A DNA stretch of 64,000 nt from an uncultured delta proteobacterium (GTDB lineage: Bacteria > Desulfobacterota > Binatia > UBA9968): the NCBI GenBank assembly GCA_963771465.1, contig CAVYTU010000015.1, positions 1,201,357 to 1,265,356 of the forward strand. The letters are read 5' to 3'. Shown one piece after another: positions 51,501 to 60,085 of this stretch; the stretch's first letter is position 1; each line of letters starts with the position of its first letter. The position numbers were made by a program, and so were the translations under genes. Below the pieces are notes generated by a model, which saw nothing but the letters and a program-made list of their open reading frames with translations, was not told the origin of the DNA and did not search any database.

Positions 51501-52097
51501 CGTGCCCCATCCGTAAGCTTCTTCCGCGAGCGCCGCCGGATCGGTGACCAAAGTTTTGAAAAGATGATAGTTGACGGTCGCGCGCACGTGCTCGACTTGA
51601 AAGTTCTCGGGGTCCGCCTCGAAATGCGGGTAGTCGATCACATTCATCAAATTGAGAACGGCGAAACCGAGCGGGGTTTTCTGCGCGAGATAGTTTATTA
51701 GCAAGAAGTCGAACAGCCGCCGCGGCAGTTGTTTGTGGATCTGCGTTCGGTCGACGTAATCGCCGAACGACGCCAGTTTCGTCGGCAGTTCGTCGGCGAG
51801 CGCGTGGACCGTCTGCACCAGTGCGTTGATCGCGCCGGTCAAATCGGCGATCCGCCCGATGACCGCGATCTCGTCTTCCCATTCCTCGTCCGAGGCGCCG
51901 ATGACCGCATCGAGCTTTTCGAGAAAATCTCCGAGGTCGATCGTCGCGAGGCCGATGTCGTCCACGCCGGGCGGCAACTCCCAGCCCATCAAATTGATCA
52001 AGGCCCTCGCTTCGGCGACGTCATCGTGAATCTCCTTTAAGAACGAGAGCAGCTGGCCGATGCCGGCCGTTGCGCCGTAAATTATATTATTGGCCAT
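48570..52097 (-). CDS. DUF6603-like beta-rich protein (1175 aa)
   Basis: FKPPTGVGL.ID, GGGFL, IQLG.GF.L.G.GGL..INR, L.GDMA, GG.HP.F, YFA.T.NTVQFG, F..AQF..MSD.EKLSRPSFE; family name from recall. Confidence 0.8.
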   Translation of the reverse strand: MANNIIYGATAGIGQLLSFLKEIHDDVAEARALINLMGWELPPGVDDIGLATIDLGDFLEKLDAVIGASDEEWEDEIAVIGRIADLTGAINALVQTVHALADELPTKLASFGDYVDRTQIHKQLPRRLFDFLLINYLAQKTPLGFAVLNLMNVIDYPHFEADPENFQVEHVRATVNYHLFKTLVTDPAALAEEAYGWGTPQFAVMIFLRRLSQLFQTLGLRSRIQPLDRRAEEVWVETTPSETEPMPQLITFIHEERGNIAGLRLGFSVFGARPTSEGASDGGLGFAPIVRGEVKASIPFFRFDDTFIDISAAGDLLKRLAMILRPNEDLQVRAGGGVSEAITGRFALTFRHGSPEGAPKTLLNFFRGSGLRAQQISLTGGMDKQPDRPGVSFLELALLGGRLDFSLDDADGFLQDAITQEQVGAPFDLRIGWTSARGIYFEGGSGVTVTLPVYASVGRLALKSVTLTLNVADDGLGLESSLTGALNLGPLSITVERLGVQLDVSFGQGNLGILGLDPHFKPPTGVGLAIDASVVVGGGFLRFDPGKGEYSGVLQLEIAEKLAVKAIGLLMTKMPGGAKGYSLMVIITAEDFAPIQLGYGFVLTGIGGLLAINRTFDEAALRAGLKNHTLDSVMFPQDPIRNAPQILSNLNRVFPPANGHHLFGPMAQISWGTPALITADLGVVLEFGARLRLLILAQVVAILPKRENDLVRLQMDAIGVIDFDQGTAALDATLYDSRLLKKFVLTGDMAMRMKWEGSPNFALAIGGLHPAFNPPANFPKLGRIAINLSSGDNPRIRCEAYFALTANTVQFGARAELYASASGFSIHGGIGFDVLIQLDPFQFLAEFYAQLQLKRGSSNLFKVKVQGALAGPRPLHVKAKATFEILWWDVSIRVDKTLVGGEKPPLPEPVDVLPRLKEALGNPGNWVGQLPAGQRPMVTLREKPRAATEVLLHPLGTLTVKQSVVPLDIDISRFGQAAPAGARRFTISSVSLGGDSQTLEPVKEFFAPAQFFEMSDDEKLSRPSFEPMAAGLSLGSKEFSFSEDDNDWLEVEAIKFETIIMNKEKNESRRSDPNNLYQLSAELFGKQARFGAAGAAAIRRSGKAKYRSVVGKHRIAKEGWSIVATDNLTVEPVPGITEAKPVIYSEAVQALRDLKQLDPVKAARLKIMRLSEIGN
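48582..49148. repeat. 567-bp direct repeat, copy 1
   Basis: Appears identical to 54355-54921 (offset 5773 at both ends). Confidence 0.92.
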
Positions 52098-54325
52098 GGC
52101 AGGAGAGCTTTATCCTCGACCTTGCAGTCTTTGAAGAGGAACTTCTGGGCCTGGTTTCTCAATCCCTTGGTGCGAATCTTCAGCGCGCGCAAATATTCCT
52201 CCGCGTCGGTTGCCGGCTTCCACGGCAGGATTTTCGGAGTATGCGCCAGCGCGCTTTGCTCGTTCTTGAACATCTGCAGGTTGTCCTCGGCGCGGCGATT
52301 CCAAGTCTCGACCCAATTCATATTGCCGGGATCCGCCGGCACGTTTTCCATTTCGGCGGGAAGAAACTCAAGACCGAGATGTTCTTTCCAGAGCCGCTCG
52401 CGCAAGGCCTTGATCACGTCCGTCTGAGGCTGGCCGGCGATGCCGTTGTAGATAACCAGGTTCATTTCGACGCTGCGCGGCGGCTGGCGGGGCCGGTGCG
52501 GGAGAGCGTGCGGCGCCGTGCGCGTAAAGGCTTCTCTAACCAATTGGGGAATGTCTGAAATATCGCCGAGCGTTTCGCGGATTGTTTCCAATGTTTCCTT
52601 GAAATCAAAGATCAATTTATAGGCGACGAAAAGAATCGCGGCGAGGATCGTCAGGTTGAAAACCATTTGCTTCAAGATAAAAAGAAACAAATACCAAAAC
52701 AGCTCCCACAAAAACTTGCCGAAGTTATTTTCCAATTGGAGTTTGTCGAGCAACTTGTCGCCGATAGCACCGGTAGCGATCAGCCCGATCTGATGATAGT
52801 TGAGCGAGGTGCCGTCGAGGTTGGCGCTTCCTACCGTCGCCCACTTATCGTCGATGATCGCGATTTTGCTGTGCAGGTAGATCGGCATGATCTCGAAACG
52901 CTTCTGCCCTCCAGCGCCGATGATCTCGGACCTGCTCCACATGGTATAAACTGCAAACTGGTGGCCGTTGATATTGGCCGCGACCCTCAATTGACTGACG
53001 ATCTCGATTTGCTCATCGGGGTAGCCGGGCAAATCGGGGCGGAAATTGAGCACGAGAATAATCTGCAGCTTCGGCTTGGAAGGATCCTTCAGCCGGGCGA
53101 TCAGCGCGTTGACGATCTCCGGTGAGGTAAAATATTGATTCTCGATGTAGATGTAGCGCTCCGCGTTGTTGATCGCCCGCTCGTAGGCTTCCAAAATTCC
53201 GGTCTCTCCGTGAGGAAGGTCTTCCTCCAAAGGCGCCGTGCCTTTGAAAGTGCGCCCCGGCAAGGTCCGAAGCACTTGAACGGAAGCGGCATTCGCGCCT
53301 GTTTTTGCAGGAATATCGTTGGGGGTGATCATTGTGAGCGGTTCGCCGGTCGATCTCCAAACCGTGCCAAAGGTTTTGTCGATGTGCGCGACGGCGGGAC
53401 CTTCAATCTGTATGTTCACGTCGTGGTTGAGCGATCCTTTATGCCGCGCGTCGTAAATCGCGTGACGCTCGTCGCTGAAGTAGAACTGCTTCAACGGCGA
53501 GCCCATAAGAATCGCCTTGTCTCCATCCACGACAATCGCTTTGGCGTGGAGAACCGCAAAACCCTTGGTAAATGCGCTGGTGTGAACGCCTCTATTTTTA
53601 AAAAATTCACGCACCTCAGTCACCGTGTCGTTGGCTGACAGGGGAAGGTCGGTGACCATAACATTGACCAATTTCCCGCCCGGATTCTTGGCCTTTTTCT
53701 TCAGTTCTTCTTCCAACGTCGCTTCCATCTCGGCCTTGCAATTCGTGGACGGAGGGTTGCTTGGATTGAAAGTATTTTTGAATTTCGTAATCAAATGGTT
53801 GTCCACGTCGAAGAACAAGCTCATCAGATTGATGGACGTGTTCGCCCCCATCGCCATGTCGGTTACCGCCGGAAACATCGCGGCGCCGTCGACGAGATGT
53901 GTGATCTCGTTGTTTTGGAACAGCGCCACCGGTGTTGCCGTTTCCGGATTCAACGTCGTATGGGTAACGAGCCAACCGTCGATGTTGTCCCGGTGAATTC
54001 TGATCAGGCCGGCGTCGAGGATCTCGTCGTCTACGTCCTCCGCTTCTTTTGTCTCGTGCAGCAGCCGGGTGCCGAAGAGCTTGGGATCTTCGTAGCGCGG
54101 CCCGAAGACTTGGACCACGATGTCGGGATTTCTATGCGGATCCCAAAAGGTGAAGTCCTCAGTGGAGTAGGTGAGCTCGAATTTTCCATCGGCGTCGGTT
54201 TTCCCCGTCTTCAACACATCGTCTTCGTGGAAAAACGGATCGAAATCGACCGCTCTTACGGTGAGAGCTTTTAGGCCCGCACCGTTTTCGTCGATGATGC
54301 GGCCCTTGACGCCTCGGTTCGGCAT
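52082..54325 (-). CDS. Phospholipase D (two HKD motifs) with N-terminal transthyretin/carboxypeptidase-regulatory-like domain
   Basis: HAKAIVVD and HSKIAIID..ATVGSAN, YIYIENQYF; 3' end overlaps the next start by 16 nt. Confidence 0.92.
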   Translation of the reverse strand: MPNRGVKGRIIDENGAGLKALTVRAVDFDPFFHEDDVLKTGKTDADGKFELTYSTEDFTFWDPHRNPDIVVQVFGPRYEDPKLFGTRLLHETKEAEDVDDEILDAGLIRIHRDNIDGWLVTHTTLNPETATPVALFQNNEITHLVDGAAMFPAVTDMAMGANTSINLMSLFFDVDNHLITKFKNTFNPSNPPSTNCKAEMEATLEEELKKKAKNPGGKLVNVMVTDLPLSANDTVTEVREFFKNRGVHTSAFTKGFAVLHAKAIVVDGDKAILMGSPLKQFYFSDERHAIYDARHKGSLNHDVNIQIEGPAVAHIDKTFGTVWRSTGEPLTMITPNDIPAKTGANAASVQVLRTLPGRTFKGTAPLEEDLPHGETGILEAYERAINNAERYIYIENQYFTSPEIVNALIARLKDPSKPKLQIILVLNFRPDLPGYPDEQIEIVSQLRVAANINGHQFAVYTMWSRSEIIGAGGQKRFEIMPIYLHSKIAIIDDKWATVGSANLDGTSLNYHQIGLIATGAIGDKLLDKLQLENNFGKFLWELFWYLFLFILKQMVFNLTILAAILFVAYKLIFDFKETLETIRETLGDISDIPQLVREAFTRTAPHALPHRPRQPPRSVEMNLVIYNGIAGQPQTDVIKALRERLWKEHLGLEFLPAEMENVPADPGNMNWVETWNRRAEDNLQMFKNEQSALAHTPKILPWKPATDAEEYLRALKIRTKGLRNQAQKFLFKDCKVEDKALLPWPII

Positions 54326-54339
54326 ACCTACCCCCAATC

Positions 54340-54921
54340 CTAATTACCAGCGACTTCCGAGAGTCTCATGATTTTTAGTCTGGCAGCTTTAACAGGGTCG
54401 AGCTGTTTCAGGTCTCTTAACGCCTGCACCGCTTCCGAATAGATCACCGGCTTGGCTTCTGTGATACCAGGCACAGGTTCCACCGTTAAGTTATCGGTGG
54501 CCACGATGCTCCAACCTTCCTTGGCAATCCGGTGTTTTCCCACCACCGAACGATATTTGGCTTTGCCGCTGCGGCGAATCGCGGCCGCGCCGGCAGCACC
54601 GAAGCGCGCCTGCTTGCCAAAAAGTTCTGCGCTCAATTGATAGAGATTGTTCGGATCGCTGCGGCGCGATTCGTTTTTCTCTTTGTTCATGATTATCGTC
54701 TCGAATTTGATCGCTTCGACTTCAAGCCAATCGTTGTCGTCTTCGCTGAAACTAAACTCTTTTGAGCCCAGGCTTAGCCCCGCGGCCATCGGCTCAAAAG
54801 AGGGCCGGGAAAGTTTTTCGTCGTCGCTCATCTCGAAGAACTGCGCCGGGGCGAAAAACTCCTTGACCGGTTCAAGGGTCTGGCTGTCTCCGCCCAGGCT
54901 GACGCTGCTGATCGTGAAGCG
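54340..54921 (-). pseudogene. 3' end of a second DUF6603-like gene (direct repeat copy 2)
   Basis: Same sequence as 48582-49148 but ending SEVAGN instead of SEIGN; homology stops abruptly at 54921. Confidence 0.9.
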
Positions 54922-55095
54922 ACGGTAGTTCTCGTATAACCTACCGGCGCGTTACAGGGCAACCGAACACACCGACACGAGGATTGCCAATCCTCGGCAC
55001 ACCCATGAAGTCAATAGAACTAGAACGTCGCCAGACCCGCTGATTAAGAGTCTAGTTAAGGGCACACCAGAACAGAACATCATCGGAATGCTCTG

Positions 55096-55560
55096 ATGCT
55101 ATTTCCGAACCCGGCGAAAGCGCTAACCGAGATGCGGCGAGTGGTAAAGCCCAACGGCAAAGTCGCAGCGATTGTAATGTCCGCATTGGAAAAAAATCCT
55201 TACCACGGGATTGTCTACAATACTGCTTACCGTATTGGGAACATACCGCTTCCAATAGCGGGAGAACCGTGGATGTATGCACTCGGAGAGGCCGAGGTGC
55301 TCGAAAATCTTTACAGCACGGCGGGTTTTCTGGATGTTTCAGTGCATGCCGTTTCTACAACAAGACATTTTCCGTCCGCCTCTGACGTGATTCGCACCAT
55401 GAGGAATAACGCCGGTGACACGGGGCAACTGATGGACGGACTCAACGAGGCCAATCGTGAAGTGGCTTGGGCGGAAATCGAGCAACAATTTACGCAGTTT
55501 GAAGGATTGAATGGCCTTGAGATTCCCGGTGAGGTTCTCATCGGGGTCGGCACCAAATAA
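55096..55560 (+). pseudogene. C-terminal part of a class I SAM methyltransferase (UbiE-like)
   Basis: LMLFPNP..AL.EMRRV.KP.G; SAM-binding N-terminus missing. Confidence 0.7.
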
Positions 55561-55798
55561 AGCGTGCGAAAACGTCAGACTGGTGCGAGAAGCCGACATC
55601 GAATCGGAGATGCGCCGCTGATTGAATATCAGACGTTCCGAGCGGATTGAACTGTACGACGCTTCAAGGTGATCTCACGCGAGATTGCGTGGATAGTGTC
55701 ATTTTACGCAATCGAGCAGTTGAAAGCGATCCGAGAGCCGCTTGCAACGAACCGGGCCGAGGCGCTAAACGTCGAATCAACTGAAATTGCTGGAACCG

Positions 55799-56434
55799 AT
55801 GAAGTTAATTAAACAGTTAACCGTTTGGCTGTTCGTCTCGCTGCTCCTGCTGGGAGCCGTCCCCACTTCAGCAATGGAGATGAGCGTCAGCGGCTCTCAG
55901 CTCATCCTCAGCGGTTTCATTAACGAGTTGGAATACGACAAATTCCTTTCGCACCTAACCCCAGCCATACGAACTGTCGTCTTCACCAACAGCCCAGGCG
56001 GAGTACATTTGATCGGGTTAGCCCTTGCTCACGAGATTCGACGCCGAGGGCTGTCGACCGTTGCCTTGGGGCACTGTAACTCAGCCTGCGCCAATGCGTT
56101 CCTTGGTGGAGCGGATCGCCGGTTGGCCAATGACCGTAGCTACGTTGCGTTTCACGGCAATTACTCGTACCGGAGCGGCAGACCTTTAGCCGGACACTTC
56201 GGCGAGCTATCTGCCTTTTACAGGGAGATGACCAATGGACGGTTAAACGACCAGATGATTCAACTGTTCCTGAGCAAAGGGGAGCGCGGATTCGTCGGTT
56301 TCTACCAGCGGGTGACGCGAAATTGTGAAGGCACAGAGGCCAAACGGCCCTCGGGCTGTCCGACGCTTCCAATCACGGCCTTGGAGCTCGGTATTCTTAC
56401 GGCTCTCGACGACGTTGAGGTTAGCGAACAGTGA
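55799..56434 (+). CDS. Exported protein with ClpP/crotonase-like motifs
   Basis: Signal peptide; NSPGG, CNSACA.AFLGG..R and FH motifs. Confidence 0.7.
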   Translation: MKLIKQLTVWLFVSLLLLGAVPTSAMEMSVSGSQLILSGFINELEYDKFLSHLTPAIRTVVFTNSPGGVHLIGLALAHEIRRRGLSTVALGHCNSACANAFLGGADRRLANDRSYVAFHGNYSYRSGRPLAGHFGELSAFYREMTNGRLNDQMIQLFLSKGERGFVGFYQRVTRNCEGTEAKRPSGCPTLPITALELGILTALDDVEVSEQ

Positions 56435-56969
56435 ACATTACAGAATCCCTAAAGACGCAAATGGCCTCAAGGCGTTTTTACTCGCATAACGCGTTCGTGG
56501 ATAGTCCTCAAGTTCTGTAATGACGTGAGATTGAACTGAACGACGAGGCCTAATCGCACCGGCCCCGAAACTGTCACTTTTCTGACACAATTGAACTAGG
56601 CATTGAGCCGAAACAATACGTAAGCAGACTTATCACGAACACGAAAGCTGAGAAAAGTATTATTTACAGCGGAAGGAAAACCGGATTCGTCGAGGGAAAA
56701 AGGCCAATGCTCAAAGCGCGATGCTTGCTTGGATGATCTTGCCGAAAACAGAGTCGGGCTTTTACTCTTAGAGCGGGCCGAAAGAAAATTATTTAGAAGA
56801 GGCCAGGCACGCTTTAATTTCCAAAAATTTGCGATCAGGGGACTTTCATGTCGGGCTGGCATCAGGTAGAAAAAAAGTAGTTATCTTCTTCGCCTCGAAT
56901 TATTAACAGTTGGTTACGAGCAAAACGATCAACTGCGGCGAACTAAAGAAGTGAACGGGATGGCCGCAC

Positions 56970-57914
56970 ATGAAAAAGATAGCGCTCTACAGCTCCAGTA
57001 GTTCGTCGGCAGCCGGACGGGCAAATCCGGCCGAGCCTACGAACTTGCAGAAAACTTCCGAGCAGCCGCAGCAGAGTCCTTCCGGCCAACCGACCGGTCA
57101 TTCGTCCCGGTCTGGATGGCGAAGCTTCCGTGAACGATATCAACGGCCGCTGTGGGTCGGCGCCGCTGCACTGCTCGCGCTGCTCGTGGTGTTGACGCAC
57201 GTGATACTCAACCCGCCGGCACGCCAGATCACTCAGGAAGATATCGAATCGGCGGTGCTTCACACCCTCGAGACGAGCACCCTTCCGTCGCCGACGGCGA
57301 AGGCGTACAGCGTCATTCAGCCTTCGATTGTTCGCGTGAGTCGGATGGAACCGGGCCCAAAAGGCGGCCAGGACGTGGAAAAAGGCGTTGGCACGGGAGT
57401 CGTGATTGTCGATAGAGGCATCATTCTCACCAATCTCCACGCTGTGCTCGGCGCCAAGCGAGTGCAAGTCGTGTTCGCCGATGGGCTCGTATCCGCAGCG
57501 ACAGTGACCGGCTCGCGACCGGAGGACGATTTGGCGGTGCTTCAAGCGGAGAAGATTCCCGACGATCTGGTTGCGGCCACCATGCGCTCCACCGCCGATC
57601 TAAGCTTGGGCGACCAGGTTGTTGCGGTCGGCTTTCCGTTCGGCATCGGGCCCTCGGCCACGGCCGGAGTCGTGTCGGGTTTGCGGCGCGAATTCCTTTC
57701 ACCCGAAGGCAAGCGCCTGCTGACCAATCTCATCCAGTTCGACGCGGCCGTCAACCCCGGGAGCTCCGGCGGGGCGCTGGTGACCATGCGAGGCGAGGTC
57801 GTCGGTATCGTCACGGCGATTTTGAACCCCACAAACCAGCGTTTTTTTGTGGGGATCGGCTTTGCGGTGCCGATCGAAAATGCCGCGGCCGCGGTGGGCG
57901 TACCGCCGTTCTAA
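56970..57914 (+). CDS. Membrane-anchored trypsin-like (S1C) serine protease without PDZ domain
   Basis: TNLHAV, DLAVL, QFDAAVNPGSSGG; N-terminal TM. Confidence 0.9.
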   Translation: MKKIALYSSSSSSAAGRANPAEPTNLQKTSEQPQQSPSGQPTGHSSRSGWRSFRERYQRPLWVGAAALLALLVVLTHVILNPPARQITQEDIESAVLHTLETSTLPSPTAKAYSVIQPSIVRVSRMEPGPKGGQDVEKGVGTGVVIVDRGIILTNLHAVLGAKRVQVVFADGLVSAATVTGSRPEDDLAVLQAEKIPDDLVAATMRSTADLSLGDQVVAVGFPFGIGPSATAGVVSGLRREFLSPEGKRLLTNLIQFDAAVNPGSSGGALVTMRGEVVGIVTAILNPTNQRFFVGIGFAVPIENAAAAVGVPPF

Positions 57915-58036
57915 CAGGCACCACGATCAGAAGTGCAACAGAAAAGGAAAGTCCGCCACAAAGGTCACGAGGACAAAGAAAGTGAAACGGTAAATACCGA
58001 TCACCGCGCGCGTTGGTGGGGAGCGACAAACTGGAT

Positions 58037-59050
58037 ATGGATAATCGAGACGTAAACCACAGCGAAGTTGCTGCACTCATGGAGCGAATTCTCTATGAGA
58101 TCAAAAAGGTCATCGTCGGCCAAGATCACTTTCTCGAGCGCGTGCTCGTTGCCGTCTTGGCGCAGGGACACCTGCTGGTCGAGGGCGTGCCGGGGCTCGC
58201 CAAAACGCTTACGGTCAAGACGCTCGCCAGGACCATTCGCGGCTCGTTCAAGCGAATTCAATTCACGCCGGATCTCGTCCCAGCGGACCTTGTGGGCACG
58301 CGCATTTACAACCAAAAGACCGGTGACTTTGCCACGTCTTTGGGGCCAGTATTCACCAATCTCCTACTCGCTGACGAAATAAATCGGGCGCCGGCGAAAG
58401 TGCAAAGCGCGTTGCTCGAGGTGATGCAGGAACGCCAAGTCACGATCGCCGGTGAGAGTCATCACGTGCCCGCTCCTTTTTTGGTGATGGCGACGCAAAA
58501 TCCCATCGAAACCGAAGGAACTTATCCGCTGCCGGAGGCGCAGGTGGACCGTTTCATGATGAAAGTACTGGTCGGCTATCCCACCGAGGAAGAAGAATTC
58601 GTCATCGTCGATCGAGTGACCGGCGTTCCGAACGACATCGTTCCCATGGCCACCACCGAGCAACTGAACGCGCTGCAGCGCGAGTGCCAAGGCGTTTATG
58701 TGGATCCGTCGCTCAAGCAGTACGCGGTGCGGCTCGCCTCCGCTTCGCGGGATCCGGAGCGCTTCGGCGTCGGCGACACCGCCAAGTTTCTGTCGTTCGG
58801 CGCGAGCCCCCGTGCATCGATTAGTCTCATCGAGGGCGCGCGGGCGCTAGCGTTCCTGCGCGGGCGCACCTATGTTTTGCCTCAAGACGTGAAAGATTTA
58901 GTTTTCGATGTATTGCGTCATCGTCTCGTATTGACCTATGAAGCGCTCGCCGAAGGGGTAACGCCGGATCATGTGATTCAGCGAATTATGCAGCAAATCC
59001 CGGCGCCCGAGAAGCCACTGGAGGCCCATGTCAAAGTGGCCGCAAGCTAG
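58037..59050 (+). CDS. MoxR-family AAA+ ATPase
   Basis: GVPGLAKT, RIQFTPDL, DEINRAP and EGTYPLPEAQ.DRF motifs. Confidence 0.95.
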   Translation: MDNRDVNHSEVAALMERILYEIKKVIVGQDHFLERVLVAVLAQGHLLVEGVPGLAKTLTVKTLARTIRGSFKRIQFTPDLVPADLVGTRIYNQKTGDFATSLGPVFTNLLLADEINRAPAKVQSALLEVMQERQVTIAGESHHVPAPFLVMATQNPIETEGTYPLPEAQVDRFMMKVLVGYPTEEEEFVIVDRVTGVPNDIVPMATTEQLNALQRECQGVYVDPSLKQYAVRLASASRDPERFGVGDTAKFLSFGASPRASISLIEGARALAFLRGRTYVLPQDVKDLVFDVLRHRLVLTYEALAEGVTPDHVIQRIMQQIPAPEKPLEAHVKVAAS

Positions 59051-59119
59051 AACCGGGTGTTGGAATATTGAAGCGTTGGTGCGGCTTTCCGCCAATTATA
59101 TTCGTTGAGGCGGAGCCTC

Positions 59120-60085
59120 ATGAGTTCTTTCCAAGCACCGATTCGTTCACCCAGCGCGGAGAGCATCCTGCGTCGCCTGGAGTGGACCGTGATTCGCCGC
59201 CTGGACGGCTTGCTGCACGGCGACTACCAGACCTTGTTCCGCGGTTTCGGGCTCGATCTCGCCGATCTGCGCGAGTACCAGTATCATGACGATGTCCGTT
59301 ACATCGATTGGAACGTCACGGCGCGTCTCCAGACGCCTTACGTGCGCGTGTACAACGAAGACCGAGAAGTGACCGCGTGGTTCCTGCTCGATTTAAGTCC
59401 GTCGGTGGATTTCGGCGCACAGGTGAAGAAACGCTCGGTATCGGTCGACTTCGTTAGCGTGCTGGCGCGCCTTTTGACCCGTCATGGCAATCGCGTCGGC
59501 GCCTTGTTTTATGGCGACAGCGTCGACACCGTGATTCCCGCGCGGAGCGGTCGTCGCCACGCGCTCCATATTCTACACAGAATACTTTCTCGGCCCGAGC
59601 CTTCCCGGTCGGCCGCGACGAACTTGCGCGATTTATTACAAACCGCTTTTCGGATCATGCAAAGACGATCCCTCGTTTTTGTCCTTTCCGATTTCATCAG
59701 CGCGCCGGGATGGGCCGAACCGCTCGCCCACTTGGCGCGGCGCCATGAGATCATCGTCGTGCGACTCTACGATCCGTTGGAGATGGAGTTGCCCGACCTC
59801 GGCGTTGTCGTCATGCGCGACTCCGAGACCGGCGAGCAGTTGTTCGTCGACACCCATGACCGCAGTTTCAGGAAGCGCTTTGCAGCTTTAGCCGCGCAGC
59901 GCGAACGAGACGTTCGCTCCGCGTTCATCCAAGCCGGGGTGGACGCGCTCGAGTTGTCGACCGACGACGACCTTGTCGATGCGATTTTGCGCTTTGCTGA
60001 CCTGCGCAAGCGGCGGAGCCAATTGTCCGGGGGCGGCAGCTTGCCGCAGCATTTAAGAGGGAGCCATGACCTTTTTGTGGCCTGA
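59120..60085 (+). CDS. DUF58 domain protein
   Basis: LREYQYHDDVRYIDWNVTAR, DLSPS and LSDF motifs. Confidence 0.92.
   Translation: MSSFQAPIRSPSAESILRRLEWTVIRRLDGLLHGDYQTLFRGFGLDLADLREYQYHDDVRYIDWNVTARLQTPYVRVYNEDREVTAWFLLDLSPSVDFGAQVKKRSVSVDFVSVLARLLTRHGNRVGALFYGDSVDTVIPARSGRRHALHILHRILSRPEPSRSAATNLRDLLQTAFRIMQRRSLVFVLSDFISAPGWAEPLAHLARRHEIIVVRLYDPLEMELPDLGVVVMRDSETGEQLFVDTHDRSFRKRFAALAAQRERDVRSAFIQAGVDALELSTDDDLVDAILRFADLRKRRSQLSGGGSLPQHLRGSHDLFVA

Noticed and set aside
38958-54325. Large operon as eCIS, T6SS, Tc toxin or prophage
   Set aside because: No sheath, tube, baseplate, VgrG, RHS/YD or capsid motifs were recognised; remote homology cannot be excluded without structure searches.
38832-54928. 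Numerous + strand ORFs opposite the large operon
   Set aside because: They are shadow ORFs expected in GC-rich coding DNA and show no family motifs.
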